From Daphnia carinata (taxonomy: Eukaryota): a stretch of DNA of 64,000 nucleotides. Numbering within the stretch: the first letter of the stretch is position 1; every line of letters starts with the position of its first letter. The translations under genes were made by a program, and so were the position numbers. The notes beneath the pieces are model-generated. The model was not told where the DNA came from. It ran no database searches and saw nothing but the letters and a program-made list of their open reading frames with translations. The stretch is taken from positions 2,542,001 to 2,606,000 of the forward strand of contig NC_081331.1 of assembly GCF_022539665.2 (NCBI RefSeq). The letters are read 5' to 3'. This document shows positions 1 through 13,700 of this stretch, one piece after another.

Positions 1-3000
1 AATTGTCGACGGGAAAGCTGATAACGTGACTTGATTACACCAGAAGCTCATCATTTTCAACTTAATTATCTACGGGCCAAATAATTCCGATGACTGCGGC
101 TTTTGTTTTCTACGACTCATCAGAAATTCTTTCACTGCGTATTGGTCGCTGCTCGATATATGAACAGATTACGGAGATTGGTTCGTCACTTTCAATACAA
201 AATGGAGAGAAAAGAGTGTAATAATTTATTAATAATTCACGCGCAAAGTCGTCTAGCACGTACTCAAAAATCCCAATTTTAAAGCCAATCTCGACAAGAA
301 AATTGGAAATGGCAAAACCTTTATTAAAAATCGTGCGCGGAGAATCGATTCTACGTCAATTATAATAATCTCGAGTATCAGTGGTAAATAATTCGTAAAG
401 GGAAAAATCGAGTGGGATTATAAAAAAAATATAGGGTGAGTGTGAAAAAGGTTACTGGCCTCCCCTTTTTTGCTAGTCACATGATCCTCCACTCGTTTGC
501 TCGTGATAATGTGACGAAACAATATACACAGACCACGTAATAATAAATACTCCGAGTCCCCTATTGTGTGTACGTGTGCTGAGTTTCGACGTCGTCAACA
601 TGAACGAGAGTGTGGGGGGGGGACAAAGTGACAATAGCTGGCCACCCTCTCTGCGTTTTTTCAAGTATTTTGTATATCACTGGAAAATACACGGAACGGG
701 GGTGTACATGTAAAAAAAGGTGAGGAGATTTTTGGGACAAAAAAATTGTTCGTCTTTGATTTAGAAGTTCTTTTCTTTCTTTTTTTTTTTTTTAGGTGGG
801 CAAATCTAAACAGGATGTAGCGCCACCTTCAATGCGGCAATCTGTGTAAATATAATCTCGTCTACAACTCCCCCCTTTTTTTTTATCCCATAAAGTTCTT
901 TGATCCTATTCAAACGGATGAGGTGAGAACTGGCAAGCTCAATCTCGCATCTCGTATTTCCATCTTCAACGGTGCTTTCCAAGAAAATAAATAATTCCTA
1001 TTCATTCAATCTGGTTGCTGATTATTTCACACCCACTTTCTTATCCGCCTCACACACTGATGATATTACACCTTTTGTACTTCCCCACACCTTCTTTTTT
1101 TTTTAAATATTTAATCATAACATCACCCTTTTCATGTTTTTCTTTCCCCGCAAAAAAAAGGAGGGAGAAACGTCTTAATAACTTTTGATGGTATCGAATT
1201 AAAACATCTCGTGATATTTTAATGTACTGCCTACGCGTTTTATCGAGTCGCTACGCCAACGCACAACGCCTTCGAGAATCTTCTTGGCTTGTAATATCGC
1301 ATTAAAGAGGCACGAAAAATTGGGGACACGACTGGCGTGGCACGCAAGACAAAGAATAGGACATGAAAACAGTGAAAGAAGATTGGTTGATTGGGTAACC
1401 AGCTGACGATGGCGGCCCAGCAATTGGATTGAGGACGCAAATCGATTTTTTTCTTAATAGGCAATTGAGCAATTACAGATTTTTGAATATTTTTACATGA
1501 GGAAAACTGAGTGCGAAAGATAATTTTTTTTTTAGAAAATTTGATGGATAGAGACGAACCATTCGGAAAAATATAGATTTTCTTTTTGTTGAGTAATAAA
1601 AAGGGTGGACGTGAGGGCGAACAGCTCCAGTCAAATAGAAAACAAAAAAAAGGAAAAGGGAGAAAGGGGAATAATAATAAAAACGTGGCCAAAACGACAG
1701 GACGAATGGCTGCGTTCATCCATTCCGCCAAGTGCCTCCTCTTTTACCCCCTTTCTTTTTCTCGTTTGGCTTCACCAGCATATCCTCCTCCCAATGACGG
1801 GAGTGTTCAGCGCGGGCGCGCATTTTCAACCCATTTTCCCCAACAACCAAAATTAAGGGGAGCAAAAAATTCATAATTCGATTACACAAGACCCAGTTCG
1901 TCGTTTTTCACGAAACTCTTTCCCCTCTCTCACATTTTACTTTCACTCGTCCCCAACATTTTCATTTCCCCTCGTGATTCGCCCTGACTTTGAAAATGCG
2001 TTTCTCGATCCGATTGTACCAAAGTTCTTGCATTTTGGTATCGCGCTGAATGATTTGCGTTTTCCTTCCGCACATTTTTTTTCTTTAAAAAGAAGAAGCC
2101 GATTGAATTGATAATTAGCTAAGGTATTCATCACGTCGTCACCCGAAAACAAAAGAACACGAAGTGGGGAAAAAAGGACGTGCATATTGTAGTCTCGTGA
2201 AATTCTTTTTTTTTTCTTCTTCTTAGAAAATCCCGAGTATTCACGATAAGAATTCAAGTGGTGGAACGCCAAAAGATGGACGAGAACAAGATACGCAACG
2301 TACGGCTAATTAACAAAAAAGAAGTTTCTTTTTTTTTGTTGCTATCTCTTAATTAACTTGAACCAAAGGTTTCTTCGACCATGCTCATTCAATTGATTCA
2401 AACTGTCACCTTCAAAAAGCAGGATCCTTTCGCCATCTTTGATGCCTATTTCACATGTGCGCTTCATGCAATAATACGAAAGTTTAGCTGGTCTCATGTT
2501 TGGGTATATTTTCCTTATTTTTTTCGAGTGTTCCAAACACGGGGATCGGCATCTTACGCACGCTCCGCAAGTCAAGTGTTTCTCCACGTATATTTTTTTT
2601 TTTCAAAACCCACAGACAAATCACTTAAAAAAGGTATGACGATAATAGGCTTATGTGTGACAAACTATAAAACCCATTTAAATCCCAAACGTAAACAACG
2701 AAAAAATTCTGCGTTCCCACAAATGACGAAAATACGAGCACTTTGCATCATCTAATTGACAATCGAGACAACCGATGAGCCAACAAAGATGGATCTTTTA
2801 TTTTCCCCTTCCCAGACGAACAACACAAAGGTCTGTTTTTCTGGATAGGCTAACGAGAACCAATGACTTGATAATAACACGGACTAGTAGGAGAGGGGGA
2901 ACATAGTCTGGTGTCTCAAAAAAGCCGAGGGTAGATAAAAGACAATCCATTAATCGGCCTATGATGGCCGATTCGCTACAGAATTTGTTACGAGAACATG

Positions 3001-3712
3001 ACTGACCTCCCCAACGTGACCCGAGCGTCGTTGACGCGACGAGGGGGAGGCTCCTGGTTTACAAACCACTTTGACAGATAATCAAGATGAACGGGCTTTC
3101 CTTTTTTTTTTAGTGCGGCGACCCGCTTTCGGCCATCATCGGTGCTCTTTTTATCGGGGGAGGTTTTTGCGGCTTGGCCGAATGATCCCTGAATCACCCC
3201 GAAAAACGAGGGCCTAAAAGAGCGAAGAAAGGTACTAAAGAAAAGGGAGGAGTCCCAAAAAAAAATGGGGTGAGGGGCTTTTTATTTCTAAAAAGAGAAA
3301 AGCCAATGACTCGGACTCGAATTTTTACTTGATGGATCTACGACTAGTGGGCGACGGTTGCGTTTCTTCTCCGTGATGCATCTGGCGCATTGGCTCTCTT
3401 CTGTTTCATCGATCGATATTTTAAGAGCAAACGGAGGGGTTATTTGAATATTAGCGAGTTTGGGTCAATCGAGCGGACCGCTACTCAACAGGACCGACGA
3501 TAACTCGCATAACTGTTACGCTTATAATTCAATTACGGATGTTTGGCTGCTACGTTCCAAGCCATCAGCCAACTAAAAGAAAGACGAGATTGATGAGAAG
3601 ACATTAAACAAACAAATGTCTTTTATGTGTGCTGGTAGAAAAAAAAAACATTTGTAAGTAAGCGGATTGCCCTGTTTTGAGCTGATTCAATTAAATCGAG
3701 ATGCTACTCGTG

Positions 3713-3732
3713 TATATATATATATATATATA
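3713..3732. repeat. (TA)n microsatellite in a Vsx intron
   Basis: About 10 consecutive TA units. Confidence 0.9.
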
Positions 3733-4814
3733 CATATAAAAGGCGGATAAAAGCCCATCGATATTGATTTTATAAAAATGTCCACACAAGCGGGAGGGTT
3801 TCTCTAATCCCTAATTGATTGTGGGTCTCATTGAAAGTGGGCATTAGTGGCCTACGCATTTAGGGCATCTCGGCTGCATCTTATAATTGCATACATGTAC
3901 GATTCAAGTGCATTTACAATTCTTACATGTAACTTATTCAAAGAAAGAAATAGAGTGGAAAAATATGTTTTTCCCTGAATGTACGTAAAGACATCTGCAA
4001 GAGGATCATCACAAAAGCCTAACACGAATGACAAGAAGATTCTGCTGGGTACCCCCTCTGTTTAGGGGTGTAGGCAGCTTCCGTTTCCTTTCCCTCAATA
4101 GTTCTGCGCTATTATGTATCTAGTTTGCCCTTCTTTTCATCGACTTATTTCCTGTACGCGCTTTATCGAACGGAATTTTTTGGGAAATAAAAAAGGGAAC
4201 TGGTTAATTGCAAATTTCGTGGGCTAGCAGATTTAGCAATCATTGAAAATGATTATTACTTTGCTGCATTGTCACATGTAAATCCGTAAGTAATGAGTGA
4301 TTTAATAACCATAGAGTATCAACACTCTGCACTCAATAGCGCATAATGGTATAATAAATCAGAAAATATCTTTACGTATCTACATACAAAAGAAATGCTC
4401 ATGTCAATACGTCACGAGATGGGTATGTAATCAAGGGGGTAAATATGGATCCCGCGGGATTTGTCACCCATACATACGCAACGCCAACTCTTCCCTCCAT
4501 AGCCAACAAAAAAAGTATTCCCTATTTGTGACCCATCGTCATTGCAAGTATTACACGTCCTTATAGTGCTAATACCCTGACAGTTATCCTCTCTCTTTAC
4601 TTGTACAAGTCCCGAGAGAATGATGTAGGGGGGAGTGATTCATCAATCACGAAGAGGGATAAATACATGTGCACGTGAAAGTACGTTACATTGGTGTGTA
4701 ATCCATGTAAAGTACTCGTCAAACCAATTGAGACCTAATCAACATTTATCAATATAAGCTTATAGATTATATTGATAGAGTGAATCTAAAGATGCGATAT
4801 TCGATTAAACTGAC

Positions 4815-7800
4815 CTGGATGCGGTCTTCGGGCAGGTCCGTTTTCAGGGAGAGCATTTCACGGGCGTAGACGTCCGGATAATGAGCCTCTTTGAAGGCTT
4901 TCTCCAATTCTTCCAATTGGTAACTCGTAAAAATGGTCCTGTAATTTAAATGAGAAAAATCGACAATCAATTTTTCAGTTGAATTTTTCGGAAATAGGTG
5001 CTGGTTTTTTTTTAAAGGTGTGAAAGGTAAAAATATTTGCATCTTGACTGACTCTAGGCCTAATGTAAAGTTTCGTATTTAGGCCTATAAAGTCAATTTA
5101 CAAGATTTAAATATGTGGTAAGGATGGGGAATTTCAGGTTATGGGAAAAGCCATTCGGGGTTTTGCAGGATCGCCGCATTCCAGTTGGAGTCGATGGATT
5201 CGTGACCATTCATAAAATTTTGTGTTTGGCTTTTATCCCTTTTCTTTGGCTGGTGCTGAAATACGTAATCAAACCTGTGCCTTCTCTTTTTCTTCTTTTT
5301 CCGGTTAGGATTGTTGGCACCGTTGACCCCGTTGTTGTTGGATGCGCCGCCGCTGACGTTCAAATCGTCCAACTTGGAGCTGTTGCAATGGCTGCCGTCG
5401 CCACGTCCCTCTATTCAAAACAAAAAATAAAAATTAACATTACGAAATAAACGGGAATAATATGTGTGAAAAACCAATATCGACTTGGGGGATTGACCTA
5501 GTGACGACATTCATCGGCTTATTGAATATAATCAAATCGGCTCAGTATGTCCCCCTACACCGCAAGAAATGATGACACACAAGGGGGAGTGATATATGGC
5601 ACCCGAAAAAAAGAGGATTATATGATTCATGGAATGAAAAGACGACGCCGACATCGGTATGCAACGAACGAGTTGATTAAAATAAAATATTGAGCCATAT
5701 ATACAATGGGTGTACATTGAAATGATCCCAATAGACGTGGCAGATCTAGGAAAAAGGCAATAAACTACGACATAGAACCTTGTTATGGAGCTACACCCAA
5801 TGGAATGATGTATACACGAGACCTATATACAATTAGAAAAATGTCTGACGTCGATATGCACACGTTTTAGCCAATAAATCAACCTATTGTCTGCTATTTT
5901 CCTCAATGAACATCAGGGGTTGAAACCCCCCCCCCCATTCTCACTGCATACTTTTGATATTTCTCCCCCCTTTCTCTTTTATTAAAAATTGCTGGTAGGC
6001 CTGAAATAAAAAAAAGTATTTTCTTTTTATCGACTTGGTTTTTTCTAAATTCTTGATAGTCGAAGGGTGGGGGTGACAATTTTCTCGTGCAAACGACTTC
6101 CTAATACGCCACTTAGCCAACAGCACACGAACCCTACGGGCGTTTTCGACATCAAAATTGAGTGAAACGAGCAATTGGCCAGTCGCCAACGACGATTCGC
6201 CCTCTCGACTCCCGATTTCCTTCCCCTCCCCCCTTTTTTTTTTCGTTACCTTTTGATATCGACATTTCCTGACTTCGTATTCCCTCTCCCGTACTTGTAC
6301 AGATTTTTCACGCTCACTACAAAGGCAATTCGTGATGTCACGCAATCAACCGCTTCTTTATTACGAACGACGTAATACAAAAATATCTACGAACAACGTT
6401 TCATTCTGATTACTTATGATATTATGAATTTCAATGAACAACGAGTAAAATTACAAGAACATCGCGGCCATTCGAGATTTCAAAAAAGGCCTGAAGCTAT
6501 TTCGAAACGTTGTGGAGAAAATATCTTTCAAATAAAATAAATTTTTAAAAACTCAAGTATCGATTCTTCGACAGGCCGGCGTTACGTATTTTAAAAAAGG
6601 GACGCGTCACGCAGATGGCGTCGAATTCAAAATGGCTGCCAGCGACAGCCAACGAGAACAATAAACACACAATTCATCTATAAAAATGTTGGCGCTATTG
6701 AAAGAAAGCAACAATAGAGTCAGCCATCTTTTTACGGCCTACATTTCAAAATCTAGGCCCTTGCAATGACCAAAAAATATGCAAAAACAATTCTTAAAAA
6801 AAAAAAAAGAAATTTTCATAGCATTTTTCATGTTACTCTCGATGGATACAAATCAGATAGCGGAATCAATTGGATCAAAGTCTCGTCGTCTTGACGATTC
6901 AAAATGAAGGAAATGACACGTTTCCCTTTTTCTTTTTCAACACAAAATCTATATAGGCTCAGGAAAAGAAAAACGATTGGTTTTCTTCTTTTCCGGTTGG
7001 GAAGCAAAGATTATTGGCTATCCATGTGCTGTTGGCAATCCAGCGGACTAACTAGCTACGAACGTTAATGACGAATCGATGCACATCCGAGTGCTACTTG
7101 TACTAATTTCGCGAGAATCGCCAGGTGACACTACACCGCCCTTTATACAAGATTCAAACAATTAAAAAAGTGTATGGACAAAGCCAACGGCCGAACACAA
7201 TCACATCCAGTAGGTCAAATGGAACGTACACATTTTGTAACCCTCCTCTCTTCCTGTCATCTTTTTGATCGTTTTGCCTCCTTTTTTTAAAGACGCATTC
7301 CCCCCCCCTTTGTGCACACTTAATGGCCTACAATAGAGGGGAAAAAGAATATGATAACTGAAAGCTGCTGTCTATTGAATGGCCAGTGTCCAGTAGCCCC
7401 GTTTCCTCCTGTGCGCGTAGGTGTAAAGGACCACCTCCGGAGCAAGTGCCCATGTCAGCTGTGTTGTGCGACAGTCGATTAAGATAAAAACCGGGACAAT
7501 CCAATCACATTAGATTTTTCTTTCCTTTGTAACCATCCTAGTAGACTCACAAAAGAGGGACATGCAAGCAGCAGACGGAATAGACACATTTATCACTTAA
7601 AGATGATCGCGATGTAATTCGTCCACGCCCATTTTTCCTTTTCACTTTAACTCTCGCCATGTGAGGTCTATCAACATGTGAACTTTTAAAAAAAAACCAA
7701 AATATTAAGTTAAAAAAAAAAAAAATGTACAAAAGTAGTAATTATCCAGTCATCACTTTGCTCAACACCTCAAAAAAGCGCAAATACTTATTATCTCTCG

Positions 7801-10780
7801 TGTACGTTGATGCCAACACGATATAAATATTTATTTAAAAAAAATTCGAGTGAGACGATTTTGGTAAAAAAAATAAAGTGGCAACGAAATACGAAGATAA
7901 AAATGATTTGGCTGTTGTGGGTTTTCCCTTGCGCGATTGTTGTGGTGTTGTGTATACCAACAAACACATTGAAAGGGAGGTATTGAATAATATCCAAGTA
8001 AATAATAATAATAGACGACGGTGACGACGCCAAGACTTGCAGAGTTCTTGAGTTACCCCACAAGCGTGTCATGTTGCATACACACACCTCTTACTATCCC
8101 ATATCTCGTGTAACGGGCAACGAGTTTTTTCTTATTTGTTTGCGTCTTTTCCCACCCTCTTTCGTATCGCACAAGAGCATCGAGTTGCGTCGATTGCTTT
8201 CAAGTTTTTTGTTTTCTATTTTCTCCGAGACGTGCACATCAAGTTAAAACGATATTCACAAAAGAACTAGAATTTTTTTTTTGTAGTGTTATGGTTCTTC
8301 ACACCGTTTCTTATTTATCCTGTGTGTGGGTTCCTTTGATAGAACTCACACCTTTTCGAATGTACTCCACCCAAGACGTTAAGTGGTCACATATTTTTGA
8401 AAAAAGAAATACAAATGCAATAAGCTCCATCCACGATTTGTTCCAAAAAGTCAATTTCCCTATACATATTAGCCTATACACACAAATAGAGTAATGATCT
8501 CAAAATATGTTGGTAAATAGGCGAATGAGTACAAAAAGCGCGGGCCCACAGTTCCTTGAAAGGCGATCCACGCTGTTTGGGAAATAAGTTTTGACAAGTG
8601 CTGACATGTTCAGTACATCCTCTATTTTCCATGTATATATGTCCCTAACTGAAGGAAGAAGGGCCGGAAACGGCACGCACAACAAAAGCTCGTAGCTGTT
8701 GTTGTGGTCCTCTATGGTCCATCGTCACAAAATGTGTGTACAACCAATGGACTTTTTACTAGGACAGCCATCAAAACTTTGTTCTATTGCCATATTCGTT
8801 ATTTTTTTCCGTTATTATTGTTGAGATTTTTTTTAGGGGGGGCCTCCCCTTGTCGCACTGATGTGTTCCTGTGATTTGAGTCAATGTGGGCGTTTTGTGT
8901 GTTGGACATCTACAGAAAAATTGTGGACTGCAATAATATGGCGTGTAACGCGAAAAAACCCCAAATACATTGATGTAATAATAAGAAAAAAAAGGACGAC
9001 CACAGGATGCAAAAGACACGCCCAGATAGAGAACAATTTCATAAAGCGTCTCTTCAGTTCGGGAAAAATAACGAAGGTTAAGACGAGGGTGTAGAAAAAT
9101 GCTATTCACTCCGTCTGCAATTTTTGAATAGGAAATATTGGGAGATCGAGATGGACCGCGAAGGTGGTGGGCGGGACATTAGTAATTTGAATCTCTCGAA
9201 ATGTGGTAAAAACGGTTGATGACAGCGAACAAAAGTTTGTGTTTACAGATGAATTTATGACTATAGACTTCACAATTCAATTGCTATAGGCCTGTTGTTG
9301 GGACACACTCGGTAAAGGTCAACGAGGGGTCAAACTATGATGCAAGAACGAAAGGCGTGTCTAGGCCTGCAAATCCTTTACATCAAAGTGCGAGGGAAAA
9401 CCGAGTTGTTTCTTTGTTCTAGGCCTAAAGCGTTTCTTGAATATTCAAGGATACAAAATCCAAGGGGATGGGTAACCAAATGAAACTGAAAGTTCTTTTC
9501 TCTTTGTACTTTTCTCGAAAATTATTTAAATTTCGTCTTTTACCTTAATCTTTTTGTTTACGAAACTTATCGAAATTATGCATACAAGATAGTTCTGTTC
9601 AAGGCCAAATTTTCCTGATCGAATTACAGAAAATCGATTTACTGTACTTAAAAATTGATGGCTAGATTGCCACAACTCATTGATTATTATTCTAGTCCCA
9701 TTACTAAACACTTACCACTAATTGAAAAAAAAAAAAACATTACGAAAAAGATGCTACTGATAAACGTCGGAAGTCCCCACTACACGCAAAATGTGTTGAC
9801 TTTACGTCAATGCCGCAGGCGCCGACTCAAAATTTCTTTGTTGACTGTCGCGTGCGGGAAAAATGTCTTACAACCCACACAAGTAAAAAAAAAAAATAGA
9901 CGAAGTAAGTTTCAATGTTTGTCTTACCGACTGAGGCGTTGGTATCAGATCGCATTGCGGCGCTGTCTGGCGACGGGAAAACTCCGCCGCCGCTGCCGCC
10001 ACCGCCGCTACTCGTGCCGTTGCCGACGGCTGTCGACGCTCCGGGAGCCGAGGCTGAGCCGACGCTTCCGATACTTCCGGCCGCTACGGCAGCCGCCGTC
10101 GGTTGGTGGAGGAAAGCCGCCGCCGCCGCCGCCGCCGGATTGAAATACATCCGGCTGGCGGAACTCAGCGGGTCGCCGACCATGGCCGCAGCCGCCGCTG
10201 CAGCCGCCGCGAAATTCTGGTGATGGTGCGTGAAATTGTAGGCCGCCGCTGCGCTACAACGGCTGCCGGCCGCTGCGGCCGCCGCCGCCGTCGCCGACGC
10301 GTAACTGGCCGCCGCCGCCGCCGACAAGGCCGAAAGGGCCTGATGGGCCTGTAGGCTATTGTGATGATGGTGATGATGGCCGCTCAATTCTGAGCCTTGA
10401 CTCGACTGCTGGCCATTGTTTCCTGCAGACGATGAACTACCATGATGGCTGTGATGCTGATGGGCAGGATGGGCGAACATGGCAGCGGCCGGATGTTGAC
10501 TGTGATGGTGATGATGGTGGTGATGAGCTGCGGCAATCATGGCGTGACTGTAAACGTGCTGCTGGTTGCCAGCACTGGCAACATGGTCAGTCTGATGATG
10601 AGAATGGCTACTGACCGAACTACTCGTGTTGAGACCCAACAGTTCCTGAATGGCGAATGGTGAACGTTGTGGCAACGACGAAGCGGCCGACACGCCACTC
10701 GATGCGGCCAACAAACCGCCCAGTAACCCTGGAGCGGCCATGTGAATGTTACGATCCGGATGCTGAAGTAGGTTCATCAT
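4815..10780 (-). CDS. Vsx: Visual system homeobox (Vsx/Chx10 family) gene, 5' three coding exons; the remainder (VWFQNRR, CVC domain) lies left of the window
   Basis: Exons 9928-10780, 5275-5410 and 4815-4938 join in frame across GT-AG introns (phases 1, 2, 0). Exon 1 has the eh1/octapeptide [11 protein letters not shown] plus poly-His and poly-Ala runs. Exons 2-3 read [49 protein letters not shown], the typical Vsx homeodomain. No WFQNRR exon was found in 1-4814. Confidence 0.93.
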
Positions 10781-13700
10781 TCGAACACTTTTGTAGGTTT
10801 TCACAGAAAATTGTTATTGAATGTCAGTTTGGGTTTGAAAAAAAGCACTGAAAGTTTTGCACTCGAAGAAAGAGTTCAACGACAGCGGACGTCGGTGATG
10901 ATGTGACGCCCGTTGGCGACTGACACCGAACAACTGTCCGCTTGCCGGTGTGAATGCAAAATGAGATAGCCAGACCGAAAAGGGCGGGCAAAAAAAAAAA
11001 CACGCACGCACGTGCTCTCTTCTTATCTGTGCAAAAAAGGCAGGAGAGAAGAAAATCTGTGAGGTTCCAACCAGGCTGCCCAGCTCCCAACGACTGTCTA
11101 CACTGGTCCGGCACTCCACTCCACACTCCAACATGGCCAGAGCTATATAGCCATGGCAATTATTTGGCTGCACTGGTGCACGATGGTGGGAATAGCAGTA
11201 GCATGTAGGGAGGTTGGCAGTTTGGGCTACGACGTCGACGCCATAGACGGAGCTTTCTGGTTGGAAGTTGAACGGGGGGGAGGGTTTGAAGGGGAGGTTT
11301 CGAATTCTACCCCTCCACGGTGGACTCTTTATGGCAGCGATTGCTGTAGAACACTCCGGTAGATGGGGTAAATGATTGCCAAATTCGTTCCTTCATTTTG
11401 GGGTGGATGGGGTGGCTGGGAGGGTGGAAGGGAAGAAATGAAAGAAGAGGGGTCGTTCAGCCAATGAGAAGAGAGCTTTGGTGTTTTTTTGTGTGGGACC
11501 TTCATGTCTTGCTGTGTCGATCCCCAGGCCTGAGACGTGACGTCGTCGAATGTAATCGGCTCTTCATTGGATCCAAAATGGCGGCTCAGGCACGACAAGA
11601 AGCCGCTTCTAACAGCCAATCGTGTAAAGCGCCCTGCGCAACGATGGCTAGCTGCTGTTCCTTCTCTTCATACACAAAAATAAGAAGCCTAGACATGTAC
11701 GTAACAAATCTTGGTCATCATTTAATTGTGCTAGTGTTGTACATTTTTAAGTTATGAGTTAATTATGGAAAATTTTTGCAAGTACTTGAATTTGTAATAC
11801 GTTTTATTGTTACACACCTGGACATGATTCAGCAGCATCCTTGCGAGAGGTTCAATTAGTTGAATAAAATGAGAGTCATGCGGGTTCGAAAGCTACACAA
11901 CAGCGTATCTATGGTAATAGCAGACAATGTTGACAGAAGAATAAATTGGGAGGAAAGAAAACTATATCCATAAACTCATCAACTGACGTGCTATCGCTTG
12001 TTTTTATGTGAGGTATTTGAAAAGACGTTGCTAAGAAAAGAAATAACGTTTAGTTTGCATCAAGATCATCTGATCTGATGGCATGTCCCGTTGCAGATAA
12101 CACAACACACGTTTACGAAATCTTACGGCTGTTGTGGCGCTGTCTGACAACAGCAAGAAAAGCTTAAGGTTAAATGTAGGATTCCAACAATCACAGGCAG
12201 CCATCTTGAACTATTCTTGTATTCACGTTGGATATAGTTGAAACGGCCAATGAATATTTTCCTTTTCTCTTATTAAAGTCTTTGTATTTTGAAACTTTTT
12301 TTTTTGTGCAGCTACTGCTTCGTTCGGACGTATTCTTACCATTTTGCCGACAAAGTTTGACACACACGTCCGTACGGGATCCATTAAGACATTTTTTCCA
12401 GTCCACAGCCCAGGCTTCAACCGGAATCCAATAATTCCAGTCAGACATTACGGTAATTATAACAAATAGGATTTTCCTTTTCCTGCCTTGCAATCTTTTC
12501 TCATATTTTTAGATATGCAGTTTAATGGCTTCTATAATATAGATATAGACCGCTCGCAAATAGGCGACACTGTCTTTTTTCGCACGTACATGCAGCAGTG
12601 TACACACATAATACAGAATTGATGCGAATGACGAGCCATATTTTTCGACACTTTCAAAGCCTGACACGTCCATTAACTTGAGACCTATTGATCGCCGTCC
12701 CCCTCCCCGCTATGTCTCTTTTTTAAAGAAAACTTTTTCCCCCTTCTTTGGTTCTGCCTCGGTCTCAACGTGTCGCCCAAGTTGATTGGACCTACTTTTA
12801 AGGCGGTCAAGACGAGAGCCTTTTTTCTTTACAGACATGGACGTAGTAGCGCTCTATTCTTTTTCCTTTTCTTATGATTATGCACTTACGCGGGGACAAC
12901 TGCTGTCGCTATAATTGAAATACAGTAACGCAGCAACTTAAGGTTTACAAAATTTGGAGGTGAATGGGGACGTATTAGGCTTATTGTTATTCGACCACTC
13001 AAGTCCAGTTTCCCACGCTATCCAAGTCGTTGCAACAGCAGTTGACAAAATGCTAATTTCACCAAACCGATCATTTTAAATCGACTACGAAACACACTAG
13101 ATCTATAAACTATAAGTGAAACTGGTTAGGATGGAGGCAATACGCGACTTCATCAAGCCAATCGGCGCTCTCTCATTAGTCGACGTCTGCCTGCTGCACA
13201 TCGTTCCACATTTGTTACATAAAGAGATAACGAGCAAGCCTATAGCTGACAAGATCACCGGGTTGGCTTGTTTACGTGCGTTTCGCGGATCGTTCCTTGT
13301 TTTCAAGTCGGTGGAGAAGCCACATGTCACGTACGCGGACATGATGCGTCACATCACACGAGTTGCCAGCGTCGCATGTTGCACGCTTTAACAGAACAAC
13401 TGAATCTAACCAAACCAATTATTTTGGTATCGGTCCCTTATGTCTTTCCAAACGACATCATTGCGCAGAGCATGTGAATATATGGATCACCAATAAATGA
13501 AAGCTTCTACAAATTGCGTTCGACACGGAACATGTGAAATAATAAGCTAATTTCAATAATAGTTTACCGAGCCTTGTAATTAAATATGATGTACTTTGTA
13601 TGGTATGTTTATAGGCTTCTTGAGGTATTGCTGCACAATAACGAATCTAATCTTCAACAAAAATCTCTAGATATTCTCGTATTGATTTTTCTTTAAATTT

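Noticed and set aside
473..4034. Numerous 60-160 aa ORFs in the downstream Vsx intron
   Set aside because: Composition is driven by A/T homopolymer runs, many use non-ATG starts, and none has a recognisable domain. None encodes the missing [14 protein letters not shown] exon.
9827..10804. ORF-track boundaries for Vsx exon 1
   Set aside because: The listed start is a GTG (first ATG is 10780), and the last ~33 codons run past the donor at 9927 into the intron.
9655..10851. Plus-strand Arg/Ala/Pro-rich ORFs
   Set aside because: Antisense shadows of the GC-rich Vsx exon 1.
11141..11151. TATATA palindrome as a Vsx TATA box
   Set aside because: The spacing to the nearest Inr-like CCAGT (~45 nt) is atypical, so it is not supportable.
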